DNA from: Callorhinchus milii
Taxonomy: Eukaryota
Assembly: GCF_018977255.1 (NCBI RefSeq)
Contig: NW_024704753.1
Location: 186,001-250,000, forward strand
Reading direction: 5' to 3'
Length of the DNA: 64,000 nt
Part shown: piece after piece, positions 31,001 through 44,547 of the stretch
Layout: every line of letters starts with the position of its first letter
How positions within the stretch are numbered: position 1 is the first letter of the stretch
Notes under the pieces: model-generated
Databases searched by the model: none
What the model was told of the DNA's origin: nothing
Seen by the model: the letters and a program-made list of their open reading frames with translations, nothing else
Position numbers and translations under genes: made by a program

Positions 31001-34000
31001 AGGTGTGGGATTTGGGGTGAGGTGTGGGATTGGGGTGAGTTCTGGGATTCAGGGGGTGAGGTGTGGGATTGAGGGGGTGAGGTGTAGGATTGAGGGGTGG
31101 GGGTGAGGTGTGGGACTGGGGTGAGGTGTGGGTTTCGGGGTGTGTGAGGTGGGTGTTGGCTATAAGTGCTGTTCTCTTCCAGTTAAACGGTGCTGAATAC
31201 CCTATTCCCACTCTTCTACCCTAGGCAGAAACTGAAGAGCAATCAGTATGAAACCTTGGATCAGATGGATAATGACTTGAATATGATGTTTGAAAATGCC
31301 AAACGCTATAATGTTCCCAACTCTGCTATCTACAGACGAGTTCTGAAACTACAGCAGATCCTGCAGGTAGCGAGGGCTCACTCTGTCAGTGTTTAATATT
31401 TATTCCCAGTCAGTCTGGCTGCCGCTCACCCTGGCACTTGCTGTTTCAGGTGAAGAAGAGGGAGCTGTCTCGCAGAGACATCATTGAGGACGGGGACAGC
31501 ATGGTGTCCTCAGTGACCTCTGACACAGGCAGCGCCAAGAGAAAGAGGTGAGTGACTCGAGTTAACAGCCGGAGGTTAAACACGGACATTGTGAGTGACT
31601 GATGAGGGGTTTACAGAACACTGCACGCTGCTGCCATTCCCCAGTGTGGCTGGCTGGTGGGAAAGCTGCTCCAAGTGACTCCGGCTGCTGTTGTGGATCC
31701 TTAACATCTTGCTTTTAGCTGCTCTGATCACTGTAACATTTCTCTGGCACCGTCCAGACCCTCCTGTCGGGGACATAGCAATTCTGTCCTTGTCTAACTG
31801 CTCACCTTCTAGCATCTGGTGTCTGGATAGTGCTAAGGAGCAGGAATCCCGTGCAAACTCTCCTGGACCCAAGGCTGAGATCAGTACCTGGGGATTGCTC
31901 TGGGACTGTGTGTACATGGCTCAGGGCAGCTGCTTTATCCATGGAGCAGGCGGGAAATTGTGAAGCTTATTTTCACCGAATTGTAATTATATTAGCTTTT
32001 ACTGGATACTTTCATGTGCAGCACAATTCCTGCTGAAACTCATGACTGTGTGAGGTGCCAGGATTGGGATTGACTTTGGTGGCATAGATGGATTTCCTGC
32101 TGTACTTCATACAGTGATATTGATGTTTATATTTCACTGATGTTCCTGGACCAGTGTTCACCAAAACCTGTTTAATTACAGTTTAAAGAAACTAGAAAAG
32201 AGCGGAAGGAAAAGTGAGACCCATTTGAGGCAAAGACTGAAGATCCTGTACAACACTGTGGTGGAAGCGCGTAACCCGGCCACAGGGCGAAGGTTCTGTG
32301 AGTTGTTCACTGTCAAACCATCCAAGAAAGATTATCCTGATTATTACAAAGTCATCCTGGAGCCCATTGACCTGAGGATAATCGAGATGAACGTCCGGAG
32401 CGGGAAGTACACCAGCGAGGAGGCCTTCGGGGACGACCTGAAACTGATGTTCAGAAACGCTCGGCACTATAACGAGGAGGGCTCCCAGGTGGGTTACAGC
32501 ACAGTGAGAGGGTCACACTGGGCACACAGTGAGAGTGTCACAGTAAGTTAATCCTATTCCCCTTATTCTGATTCAGCACTTTGATAAATTGTTAAATTAC
32601 TGATAGGTTTATAATGATGCCAACATCCTGGAGAAAATGCTGAAGGAGAAGAGGAAGGAGTTGGGGCCGCTGCCTGACGATGAGGAGACCGCCTCGCCCA
32701 AAGTCAAGCTCAGTGAGTCATCACATGGCCCATCACACTGCACTGCTAACCCAAGCTCCCCACGTCACTGCCCGCCTTAGCTCCCTCGCTCCCTCCCTCA
32801 TCTCACTCACTCACTCACTCCCTCCTGCCCAATGCAGCGAGTGAGGCCCACGTGCCGTATCCATTGAAGCTGATGTTTGTGTTCAGGCAGGAAGATTGGA
32901 GTTTCACCAAAAAAATCCAAGTACCTGAGCCCCCTGCAGCAGAAGCTGAATGAACTGTACGAAGCCGTGAAGAACTACACAGACAGTCGTGGGCGCAGAC
33001 TGAGCGCCATCTTTCTGCGGCTGCCGTCTCGCTCCGAGCTTCCTGACTACTATCTGACCATCAAGAAGCCCATGGACCTGGAGAAGGTGCGGAGCCACAT
33101 GATGGGAAACAAGTACCAGGATGTGGACGCGCTGGTGGAGGACCTGGTGATGATGTTCAACAATGCCTGTACCTACAACGAGCCCGAGTCGCTGATCTAC
33201 AAAGATGCTCTAGTCCTGCACAAGGTGCTGCTGGCCACAAGGAAGGATCTGGAAGGAGAGGACGATTCTCACATCCCCAATGTTAAGCTGCTGATCCAGG
33301 AGCTGATCCACAACCTGTTTGTGTCTGTGTTGAGCCACCAGGATGATGAGGGCCGGTGCTACAGTGACTCTCTGGCTGAGATCCCAGCCACGGACCCAAC
33401 CTTCCCCAACAAGCCACCGCTCACCTTCGAGATCATCAGGAAAAACATTGAGACCAATCGCTACGGGAGGCTGGATGTGTTTCAGGAGCACATGTTTGAG
33501 GTACTGGAGCGAGCCAGAAGGTTGAACAGGTGAGCATGTATTTCTGTGTTCACATATCAGTGTTGTTGGTGTATGTTGGTGTCCTGTTCCTTCCCCATTA
33601 AACCCAATTCCTGCTTTAAGCAGCAGACGGGATTTGTCAACAATGTTTGTATTGACCAAAGAGCAGGATGTCACTAAGGAGTGTTCGTATCTCTCGGGTA
33701 GATGAGGTGTAGCCAAATGTAGAGTAATAACATTGCTGTGTTGTGCTGTCAGGTACAGAGTGAGCTTCCCTCTGTTGTGGGGCAAAACGTAGCAAAGCAG
33801 CAGGTTTAGATTGATGGGGACTGAGAGAAGTGTTTACATAGGGTGTGTTGGCACATCCTCCTGACATGAAAGGCGTTTACAAATGTAATTTATCGTTGTT
33901 GTCATGAGGATATTCTGTGATGTGTAACTATTCTCTCCTGTAGAACGGATTCTGAGATCTATGAGGATGCAGTGGAACTGCAGCAGTTCTTCATTAAGAT

Positions 34001-37000
34001 CCGTGATGAATTGTGTAAGAATGGCGAGATCTTGCTGTCCCCGGCCCTCAGCTACACCCTCAAACACCTGCAGCACGACCTGGAGAAGGAGAAAAAGTCA
34101 AAGCTGCCTCGAGAGATTGAGGAAGACAAGCAGAAACGTGAGGAGGAGAAGAAAGAGTTCTCAGGTACCTCATGGCTTCTCTTACTCTCAAGTTCTTTAT
34201 ATTAACATTAAGCCAAGCTTGTCCTCTGAGTGGAGACTTGGTGACATTAGAATAGAGGGGGGGAGCAAGGGATGGAGGGGTGGAGCGAGGGAGGGAGCGG
34301 GGGAGGGTGAGGATGAGCAAGGGAACAAGAGGTAGGGAGGGAGAGGGGGAGAAGCATTTCTTTGTGGGTATTTAAAGGGGTGACATTTGTAAAACATGCC
34401 ATGTTTCATGTGCACATTTTGCCCCACAAACTGTTGTAAACAGAGAAGAACATGAATGAGCAGGTGGGCAGTGACGGGCAGTTGGGGACCCAGCGCACCT
34501 ACAGCCAAGACTGCAGCTTTAAGGACAACCTGTACCACGTTGGTGACTATGTGTACGTGGCTCCCGCTGAGCCTGACCTGCTGCCCCACATTGTCTGTAT
34601 AGAGCGGCTATGGCAGGATGATACAGGTACAACAACAACAACTTGCACTTATATAGCGCCCTCCGAACAGGGCAGCGTCTCAGAGCGCTTAACAGAGCCT
34701 GACTCCGAGCCGGTGGGGGGGGCGAGGTGGCTGTAAGCACGGTCGAAGAGGAAAGTTTTCAGGTGGGACTTGAAAAAGGAGAGAGAGGGGACAAGGCGGA
34801 GGGATTGAGGGAGAGTGTTCCAGGGTTTTGGGGTGTTTCAGGTGACAATGTGGGGCATACAGGTAATGAGGCCACTAGATCAGTGATCATTCTCTAAATG
34901 TAATAATTTGTTCTCAGATTGCTGCTTCTTATGTGTAAAAACAACCGTGTTTGTCCATAAAAACAGTCACTACACTAGTGTAATGTAGTAATAGTATAGC
35001 AATTTTAAAAAATGTTAGCCCTTTGAGGCGTTTCAGAGCAAAAAGGTGATATACAAATACCGATATTTGAGCAATTTTCAGGTAAAGGAACATCTCAAAG
35101 TGCTCATAGATCTAGATTAAAGACCAAAGGATGTCTAGAGGCTGTAGTTTGTGATGTTGACGATGTTCTGTGCTGAAGGCTAACGTGCCTGCTGTGTGTG
35201 TGTGTGTGTGTGTGTATGTGTGTTTGTACAGGAGAGAAGTGGCTGTACGGCTGCTGGTTCTATCGTCCCAACGAGACATTCCACTTGGCCACGCGCAAGT
35301 TCCTGGAAAAAGAAGTTTTCAAAAGTGACTATTACAGTAAAGTGCTGGTCAGCAAGATCCTGGGCAAATGTGTGGTTATGTTCGTCAAGGTGAGAGTTTG
35401 CTTTGTCATATTGTCAGCACAGCCACACTGAGGCGCTCTATCTCCCTGAGCCCCTCTGTGGCCAGTGTGGGGGAGGATACACATACGTCCCCAATACCCA
35501 ATAATCAGCCCTGGTGACCTCACTGAGCTACTCCTTAGCCCAGGAACTGGCTCTGACACTTGATCACAGACCCCGGGTTAGAGTCGGGATTCCTAGTGCT
35601 GAGGGACGGGAATAAGACTTTCCCATTCTAATGTCTATTTCTCTTCCCACCAGGAATATTTCAAGATCCGTCCTGAAGGCTTCAGGGATGAGGATGTGTT
35701 TGTCTGCGAGTCTCGCTATTCAGCAAAAACAAAATCTTTCAAGAAGATTAAGCTGTGGACAATGCCGGTGGGCACCGTGAGGTTTGTGCAGCGAGACATT
35801 CCCCTGCCCGTGGTGAGAGTGGCTTCCGTGTTTGCCAACGCCCACAAGACAGAGAGCAGGGAGCCAGTGGGGCCCGTACCAGAGGACAGCAAACCCGACG
35901 ACAGCACCAACATCATTGACAAGGTGGTAGCAGGGTTCAGTGACAATGGTTCAATGTGGCTAAAGCAGTTTACCTGAGATGTGACAGGAATGTGCTAACC
36001 ACACTGATCATATTCAGTTCCATACACTACACACAGCAACTTGCACTTATAGAGTGGCCTCTAAACACAGCCTCCTGGCTGGGACCTGTGGAGAGGGTGT
36101 GCTGAGGGAGAGAGACAATAATAATCCTTGCATTTGATATAGCGCCTTATCACGTCTTCAGGACGTCTCAAAAGGCTTCACAGAATATATTGTAAAGTGT
36201 AATGATTGTATATTTGTGGGCAAAAAGATGTCGGCAACAAACCACTTTTGGAGAACGTAAAACTGTCAGTGGCTATCGTATAATCTGGGTGTAATTAGCA
36301 TCTCTCACACTCTCTCACACAGTCTCACTTTCTCACACATTTAAACAAACTCTCTGTCTCCCACTCTCTCTCACACTTTCTTTCTGTTTCACACTCACAC
36401 ACTCTCTCTCTCTCTCTCACCAGGAGCGGGAGGATGTGCCGGTTGAGATAGCGAGTGGGGAGCCTGGCTGCCATTACCACGAGCAGCTTCATTACAATGA
36501 TCTGTGGCTCAAGGTCGGGGATTGTGTTTACATCAAATCCCATGGTTTAGTGCAGCCTCGTGTGGGCCGGTGAGTTTTGGCTTTGCACGTAGTCGGGCTC
36601 CATCGTGAAGTGCATCAATGTTTTTGTTTTGCCAGAAAGCCTGACAATAGAAAGTATGTGTTTGGTGCAAATTGGATTATTGTAATAATAATTCTTGCAT
36701 TTGATATAGTACCTTATCACATCTTTGAGGTGTCTCAAAGCGCTTCACAGAATATACTGCGTATTTTGTGGCTGAAACAAACACTAATGTAGGCAGGAAA
36801 TTAGTGTATTTGCGATGCCAAAGTGATTATGTATTTTCCAGTGTGGAGAAGATGTGGGTACGGAATGGAGCCGCCTATTTCTTTGGTCCCATCTTCATCC
36901 ATCCCGAGGAGACGGAGCACGAACCCACCAAAATGTTCTACAAGAAGGAAGTATTTCTCAGCAATGTGGAGGAGACCTGCACCATGTCCTGTATTCTGGG

Positions 37001-40000
37001 TAAGTGCTGTGTCCTGGGCTGTGAGAGCTCCCATGTGGCATGTATAATACAGAGTTTAATACAGGGTTTGATACAGGGTTTGATACAGGGTGAGCCTAGG
37101 TCCTGGGGGCGTGTGTAATACAGAGTTCTGGCGAGATCTTGTCACATGGTGAACAAATGGGAAATTTTAGTTTAATGTATTGTACTTTGGGCTCCTTTAC
37201 AAATGGTAAAATGGTTTAGATGTTAATAAACATGCACTTGGTGTTAGTGAGGGAGAGGAGACAGGGATGTGGTAAGAGAGGACAGTGGGCACCATGATAC
37301 ATGGTGAGTTGCTGGGATTCCACACTGTGTTGACAGGCTTCCTGGTGAGGCAGAGTTTGAGAAAGGCTGCTGTCAGTCTGGCTCAGTGCTGTCAGGTAAC
37401 TGTGTTCCTCCTGCAGGCAAGTGCAGTGTGTTGTCTTTCAAGGACTATCTGTCCTGTCGCCCGACTGAGGTGTCTGAGAGCGACGTCCATGTGTGCGAGA
37501 GCCGCTACAACGAGACCGACAAACAGATGAAAAAATTCAAAGGACTGAAAAGATTCTCCCTATCAGCTAAAGTGCTGGATGATGAGATTTACTACTTCAG
37601 GTAAGGGGTGTAAACACACTGTGTGCTGTACTCCCTGTTCACTGCACACACGCTGGGGCTGGCAGGACAGGTGTTGTGTAAGTTATTGTTGATGTGTCTA
37701 AGCGTCGGTCTGGCTGTGTTTGTTATACAGTGTGTGTCAGTCTGGCTGCGTTTAACGTACAGTGTGTGTCAGTCTGGCTGTGTTTGATGTCCAGTATGTG
37801 TCAGTCTGGCTGTGTTTGATGCACAGTCACTAACTTGAGCTCCTGCTCTGCTCCAGGAAACCCATTGTTCCCCACAAGCAGCCGTCTCCTCTCCTGGATA
37901 AGAAGATCCACGATTTAGAAGCGAAGTTTGCGGAGTTTGAAGAGCCGGATGATGATGTCGAGGAGGGAGGTGAAGAGGGGGCCGAGGCAGGGGAGCAGCC
38001 CTCAGCACCACAGACGCAGACACCTGCTCCCAGTGAGATGGAGGTCACTCCACATACACCTCCTCAGGTATGGAGATGCTCCTCGTGTCCCAGTTCCTCT
38101 CATTGCCCCCGATGTTAGTGCAGAGTTGCTGACTCCATCTCCTGTGTTTGTAAGCAGTCGACGCCTAAATCTGCCAAAGGCACAAAGCAAAAGGAGGGCA
38201 AGAGGAAAACCAACCCAAGTGGCTACATCCTGTTCAGCAGTGAGATGCGAGCGGTGATCAAGGCCAAACATCCCGACTTCTCCTTTGGGGAGCTGAGCCG
38301 TCTCGTGGGCACCGAGTGGCGGAACCTGGAGGCCGTGAAGAAGGCAGAGTATGAAGGTAGTTCATTGTTCATTCAGTTACAATCCTGTTCACACCCCGTC
38401 TTTTACATGCTGGCTTCAGTTGGTGGCCAGTAACCCGTGCCGGCGTGAGGGTGGCATTGTAACATTGTGTTTACTCTGTTAGTAATTGTCTGGATGATCA
38501 ACGCAAAGTGATGAAATGGGGAGGATTGTCAATGTCCGATCATGTTGTTTCAGAGCGAGCAGCAAAGCAGGCTGAGCAGCAGGAGCGAGAGCGAGCAGCA
38601 CAGCAGCAGGCAGCCTCCCCACGGGCTGGCACTCCTGTGGGGGCCATCATGGGGGTGGTGCCCCCTCCCACACCAATGGGCATTCTCCACCAGCAGATGA
38701 GTCCTGTCACAGGTAGTGCATCACAAGCAAAGGACTCGGACTGTCTCACAAACTGCTGTCACCAGGTTCCAGGAGAGGAGGGAGGGGTCATTTTACAATG
38801 TTTTCATTTCAGGCCACACACTCTGCCACAATCAGGCTGTGATCGAGTTGCTAGTCCGTCTCCCTCACTCCTCTCTGCCTCAGGATGAATATGTCTGAAC
38901 CAAACCACTTTGCCTGCAGTCTGTTTATCAAGAGTATTTCCCAATATTTTCCTGCCTGATCCTCTCTCAATGCCCAGGAAGGGTTTAGGCAGATAGTTAG
39001 GTGGAAGCAGTGAGAGTGAGTATCTGTGTGAGGGTAGAATGAGATGCTGGGAAGTGGCTGTGTAATCGGTACATCTGTCTCCATGTATCAGTGTTGCTAT
39101 GTGCTCTGAACCTGCTCAGAGCTCGACTGTGTCAAAGTTTAGGACGGGAAGATGGTTTGGCTTTCTGTAGCTACTGTTGGAAAGCCTGTCACTGTGTTTA
39201 CTGGCTCTAGCCCAAACTAGTACGATTATGTGAAGGTAAACACATTCAGAGAAAGGGAGCAGCTTTTACACAGTGCTTCATTCCCCTTCAGTCAGGCAGA
39301 ACTTTACCAAAATGCCTGGTGTGAAAGGACACATTTGATCATTGTGCAATGCAGTCTCTCCATTTGGTAACCAATGTACCATCGCCACATACTAACTGTT
39401 TATTTCTTCATGCAGTTCTAGCTCTGCTCATCCATCACTTTGCATGTCTCATTGCGCTACCAGAGGTTCCCTCTAAGTACTCCAGCCGACTACAGCAACA
39501 ACAATAATAACTTGCATTTATATATAAATGTATATAGCGCTCCTCACGCAGGCTGGAGTCTCAGAGCACTGGCTACAAACCAGAACACAGTGTGCATTAC
39601 AAAGGAACCATTTCCGTGGATTTAGTTTAGTGTGGGTATGAAATTGAGCTGATGGCAGGCACTGTGTGATAACCTGGCTTAGAGGGAACATCTGCGGGCT
39701 GTTGCATGTTGTTTACATCCTTGATGCATGTTTGAAATTTATTGTTGTCCTTTAAGGCCTAGTAGGTGGCTACGCCCAGGGCCTGCCGCCATTGCTCGTC
39801 CCCAGTGATGGGCTGGGGGGCTTGGGCAGCATGTCGTCACCCCAACTCCTCTCAGCCATTCAGCCGCTCGGTAAGGACATCATTGCTCGTCTCAATTCTC
39901 TTATCATCTGCTTGACATGTCCATCCGTCCATTAATGCTAACTGTGGCAAAGCTCCGGGGAACCGCTGTGCAGCTCGGCACACAGCCCTGGGCAGCAATA

Positions 40001-42519
40001 CCAGGGGCTGGAGCTGATAAAGCAGTGGTGTTATCGTGAATAATGAGCAGCATGGACCACCTCAGCTGCTCTGCTAATCTCAGAGTCTTTCTAATGTTTA
40101 AATACAGCTGCAAATTCACAACAAAATCTGTGTTGTTTCTGGCTCACAGGCAGGTCCTCTGGCTCCAGATCCACATGAGAAAGTCATTAGAATTGGCCAT
40201 TGTACCAGTGTTCTAGATACAGTAGCTCACTGATGCTCTGGGAACTGTAAATACTAGAGTTGCTGCAGATAAACCTCGCCAATGGCTGTATCTGACGTAG
40301 TGTATTCAAAGCTTTTCTACGTTACTAAGAGTGTAACTAAACGTTGGGCATGATCATCTGGGTCTGTGTGCAGTGCCTACACACACAGACACACACACAC
40401 ACACGCAGACCGACACGCGCGCGCACACGCACACACAACCCAAACCATCAGGGTTTTCTACATAAATCCCAGTCTGGGTACAGAAGGGTCGTTATCTTAT
40501 TACCGAGTGTCATCTTCCCACCACACTTGTCCATGTTTCACGAGGGCACGTTTGTCTGATTGGAAAACCGGCAAAATCGTAGAATGAATAAAACATTCTT
40601 CTCTTAGATACAGTTACTTGAAGCTGTGACTAATGCTGTTACGATCCTTGTTGTGAATCTTTTTAATCCCTGACATGTCTCCCCACGGCAGGGGTCCTGG
40701 GTCAGGGGGTGGCCACGCTGGTGGGAGGCTCGGCCGCCGGCAACACGGGAGTTGTTTACGGACAACAGGTAACTCACTCACTGAGGGTTACCCTCACATC
40801 CAGGGTGTGGTGGGGTGTGCGGGTGTGTTGCGGGTGTTTGTGTGGGCGGCATGTTTGTGTTGCTGCCGTGTTGTGAGTGTGTGTGTGTTGTGTCCATGTA
40901 GCAGGCGTGTTGTGGATTTGTGTGCGCGTGCGTGTTGTCGGCGTGTGTGTGTGTGTTGTGTCCATGTAGCAGACGTGTTGTCGGCGTGTGTGTGTGCGTG
41001 CGTGTTGTCAGCGTGTGTGTGTGTTGTGTCCATGTAGCAGACGTGTTGTCGGCGTGTGTGTGCGTGTTGTCGGCGTGCGTGTGTGTTGTGTCCATGTAGC
41101 AGACGTGTTGTCGGCGTGTGTGTGTGCGTGCGTGTTGTCTGCGTGTGTGTGTGTGTGTGTTGTGTCCATGTAGCAGGCGTGTTGTCGGCGTGTGTGTGTG
41201 TGTGTGTTGTGTCCATGTAGCAGACGTGTTGTCGGTGTGTGTGTGTGTGTGTTGTGTCCATGTAGCAGGCGTGTTGTTGGCATGTAACGTGTTGCTGTGT
41301 TACAGGGCGTGGCTGGGCAGCAGGCCCCGCCCCCCTACCCCTCACAGCCAATGGCAGCGCAGGTGCAGCCTCCCTCCTCCCCCATGTTTGTGGCCCCGCC
41401 CCCCCGGACCCAGCGGCTGCTGCACTCAGAGGCGTATCTGCGCTACATCGAGGGACTGCGGCCGGAGGCGCTGACCGTCAGCAAGTGGGACCTGAGCCTG
41501 GCAGGTGAGCACCGGGGGGGCATTACTGTGCCCTGCAGGTCAGTGGCAGCGGGGGGGGGGGCATGCACACACCACAGCGACTGACACGCATGCACACACC
41601 ACAGCGACTGACACACAGGAGTCCGTGGTAAATAGTTAAGCCACATAGCGCATCACACTCAGCTACACTCGAACACTACATGTACTATAGCAGCTCGGGT
41701 TCAACAACAACAACAAGATACAACAACAACAACAACAACAAGATTCCATTTATAGAGCGCCTTTCACGTCAGGAGGACGTCCCAAGGCGCTGCACAGTTG
41801 GGTCATGACCCGAGCATTGGGGGGAAATGGTCAGGGTGAGGGGAGGGAAGGGAGGGAGCGAGGAGGGGGGAAATGGTCAGGGTGAGGGGAGGGAAGGGAG
41901 GGAGCGAGGAGGGGGAAGAGAGTCGAGAGGGGAGCTGAAGGCTGAAGGTCAAAGAGAAAGGTTTTGAGACCGGCCTTGAAGGAGGAAAGGGAGGAAGCAG
42001 CGAAGGCACTGGGGATGGAGTTCCAGAGCCTCGGGGCTGAGAGGCTGAAGGCCACCGATAGTAGGGCGGTTGGGGCGGGGGACGTGGAGCAGACCGGAGC
42101 CAGAGGAACGGAGGGTACGGGCAGGTAGGTAGGGGGATAGTAGGTTGGAGAGGTAGGAGGGAGCGAGGCCATGAATGGCCTTGTAGGTGAGGATGAGGAT
42201 CTTGAAATCAATCCTCTGGGGGTTCAGGCCGAGGGCTGCGCGGCGCGGGCACACGGGACTGTTGCGATCTGACTGCCGGCTCTGGTTGGTTTGAGCTGTT
42301 CCTGTGTGTGAATGTGAGGAGCTGTGTTCCAAACTCTTCTGTTTCCCTTTAGCCAGACGGCAGGACGTGCACCTGAGTAAAGAGCAGGAGAGCCGACTGC
42401 CTTCTCACTGGCTGAAGAGCAAAGGTGCCCACACCACCATGGTGGATGCTCTGTGGCGTTTACGTGACATTATGCTGCGCGACACGTTAAACATCCGCCA
42501 TGCTTACACCCTGGAATAA
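25043..42519 (+). CDS. PBRM1: Polybromo-1 / BAF180 (6 bromodomains, 2 BAH, HMG box)
   Basis: Exons about 25043-25183 ([14 protein letters not shown]), 25497-25594, 27096-27243, 27715-27864, 28547-28669, 29003-29071, 29279-29377, 29594-29676, 30274-30365, 30499-30715, 31225-31366, 31450-31547, 32182-32488, 32607-32712, 32887-33529, 33944-34164, 34444-34626, 35232-35389, 35654-35923, 36424-36569, 36842-36999, 37417-37600, 37857-38067, 38158-38356 (HMG: [17 protein letters not shown]), 38554-38712, 39757-39870, 40692-40768, 41306-41504, 42353-42519 ([17 protein letters not shown]). Repeated YPDYY/NA..YN bromodomain motifs; AATAAA at 42765-42770. Confidence 0.97.
25195..25345. repeat. About 25-bp minisatellite in a PBRM1 intron
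   Basis: ATTGGGTGAGTTGGTGCCC(C/A)CT(G/A)TG(G/C) repeated. Confidence 0.85.
26060..26590 (+). mobile_element. L2 LINE 3' fragment (same family as 58300-60075)
   Basis: [24 protein letters not shown]...[11 protein letters not shown]; ends GGACGTCCTCCCGACGTGAAAGGCGC...(TTG)n. Confidence 0.9.
26638..26810. mobile_element. Short MITE of the same CAGTAAAACTC-TIR family
   Basis: CAGTAAAACTCAC...GTGAGTTTTACTG; internal CATATTAAATGTTATAGTCCC is an inverted match to 20450-20470. Confidence 0.7.
30970..31145. repeat. G-rich minisatellite
   Basis: GGGGTGAGGTGTGGGATT repeated. Confidence 0.85.
40860..41285. repeat. GT-rich minisatellite
   Basis: GTGTTGTGTCCATGTAGCAG(A/G)CGTGTTGTCGGC(GT)n repeated. Confidence 0.9.
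41702..42225 (-). mobile_element. L2 LINE 3' fragment with a short internal duplication
   Basis: [26 protein letters not shown]; (CAA)n tail on the + strand at about 41702-41740. Confidence 0.9.
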
Positions 42520-43224
42520 TCCCCGGCTTTGCTTCCAGCCTCTGTTGTGGGGAATATGTCTGTGTTTGTGCCTGACCGGAAAAAGGCAAACAATACACCT
42601 CTTGTCGGGTCAGGTTGTAACATTTGTTTTTATAAAGGTTTTAATAAGCTTTAATTGGATGTTTCAGTTCGGTGTTCAATGTTCCAGCAATTTTCACAGT
42701 TTCCCGGCGGCTGTGAGTGAGTGTTTGTGAGGAGTTGTTCTGAATTCAAGTTTTCATTTATAAAAATAAAAGTACCTCGAGTGTCTGTGTTGTCTCTTCT
42801 CTTATCTCTGCTGTTGGGACCGTGTCTCTCCCTGTGGTGCAGACACAGACCGGACGGAGTTTTATCGGCTCAGGACCCGAAACCATTCAAGGGCTTGAAA
42901 TTCTGAGGCACTGCAGAATTTCTTAAAAACTGTGGAAAAAAATTCTTAGTCGTTTGGAGTCCGGTTTCCTTTTATCAACTGCAGACAAACAGCTTCAAAA
43001 TTAGGACCGAATGTAATTTTTTTTTTACAATTCTGCACAATTTTAAATGAGAAGTAAACCATTAGTTTAAGACCAAATTTCAGGCCTTCAGTTTTTTTTG
43101 GGGTCAATTTGTGACAGAAAAACAGTTTCTGTTCTTGTGGAGGACCTGTGAGGGGTCGGAGACCGGGAGGTCAGGGCTGGACACAGAGCCAAGGCAGCCC
43201 AGAGCAGCCCACACATGGCAGCTG

Positions 43225-44515
43225 CACCCCCCCTCACACAGCCCCCCCACACACAGCCCCCACACACACAGCCCCCCACACACACACAGCCCCCCTCACA
43301 CAGCCCCACAGCCCCCACACACACAGCCCCCCCACACACACAGCCCNNNNNNNNNNNNNNNNNNNNNNNNNNNNNNNNNNNNNNNNNNNNNNNNNNNNNN
43401 NNNNNNNNNNNNNNNNNNNNNNNNNNNNNNNNNNNNNNNNNNNNNNNNNNNNNNNNNNNNNNNNNNNNNNNNNNNNNNNNNNNNNNNNNNNNNNNNNNNN
43501 NNNNNNNNNNNNNNNNNNNNNNNNNNNNNNNNNNNNNNNNNNNNNNNNNNNNNNNNNNNNNNNNNNACACACACAGCCCCCACACACACACACAGCCCCC
43601 CCCACACACAGCCCCCCCCCACAGCCCCCACANNNNNNNNNNNNNNNNNNNNNNNNNNNNNNNNNNNNNNNNNNNNNNNNNNNNNNNNNNNNNNNNNNNN
43701 NNNNNNNNNNNNNNNNNNNNNNNNNNNNNNNNNNNNNNNNNNNNNNNNNNNNNNNNNNNNNNNNNNNNNNNNNNNNNNNNNNNNNNNNNNACAGCCCCCC
43801 CACACAGCCCCACAGCCCCCACACACACAGCCCCCCCCCACACACACACACAGCCCCCCTCACACACACACAGCCCCCCTCACACAGCCCCCACACACAC
43901 ACACAGCCCCCACACACACAGCCCCCCCACACACAGCCCCCCCCCACATACAGGCCTCCCACATACAGGCCCCCCACACACAGCCCCCCCCATAACACAG
44001 CCCCCCCCTCACACAGCCCCCCCACACACAGCCCCCCCACACAGCCCCACAGCCCCCACACACAGCCCCCCCCCACACACACACAGCACCCCCCCACACA
44101 CACATAGCCCCCCCTCACACAGCCCCCACACACACACACACAGCCCCCCACACACAGCCCCCACACACACAGCCCCCCCCCCCACACACACACACACAGC
44201 CCCCCCCCCCACACACACAGCCCCCACACACACAGCCCCCCCCCCCCCACACACACACACACAGCCCCCCCCCCCCCTCACACAGCCCCCACACACACAC
44301 ACACAGCCCCCCACACACAGCCCCCACACACACAGCCCCCCCCCCCCCACACACACACACACACACAGCCCCCCCAAACACAGACACCCCACACCCACAG
44401 GCCCCCACACACACAGGCCCCCCCCCACACACACACACACAGCCCCCACACACACAGCCCCACCCCCCACACACACAGGCCCCGCCCCCCCCACACAGCC
44501 CCCCCCCCCCCCACA
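43225..44515. repeat. (CA)nGC(C)n low-complexity satellite containing two assembly gaps (43347-43566, 43633-43790)
   Basis: CACACAGCCCCC repeated; N runs. Confidence 0.95.
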
Positions 44516-44547
44516 CGCTGTCCCGCTCTGGGCCTCAGGTGCCGGCG

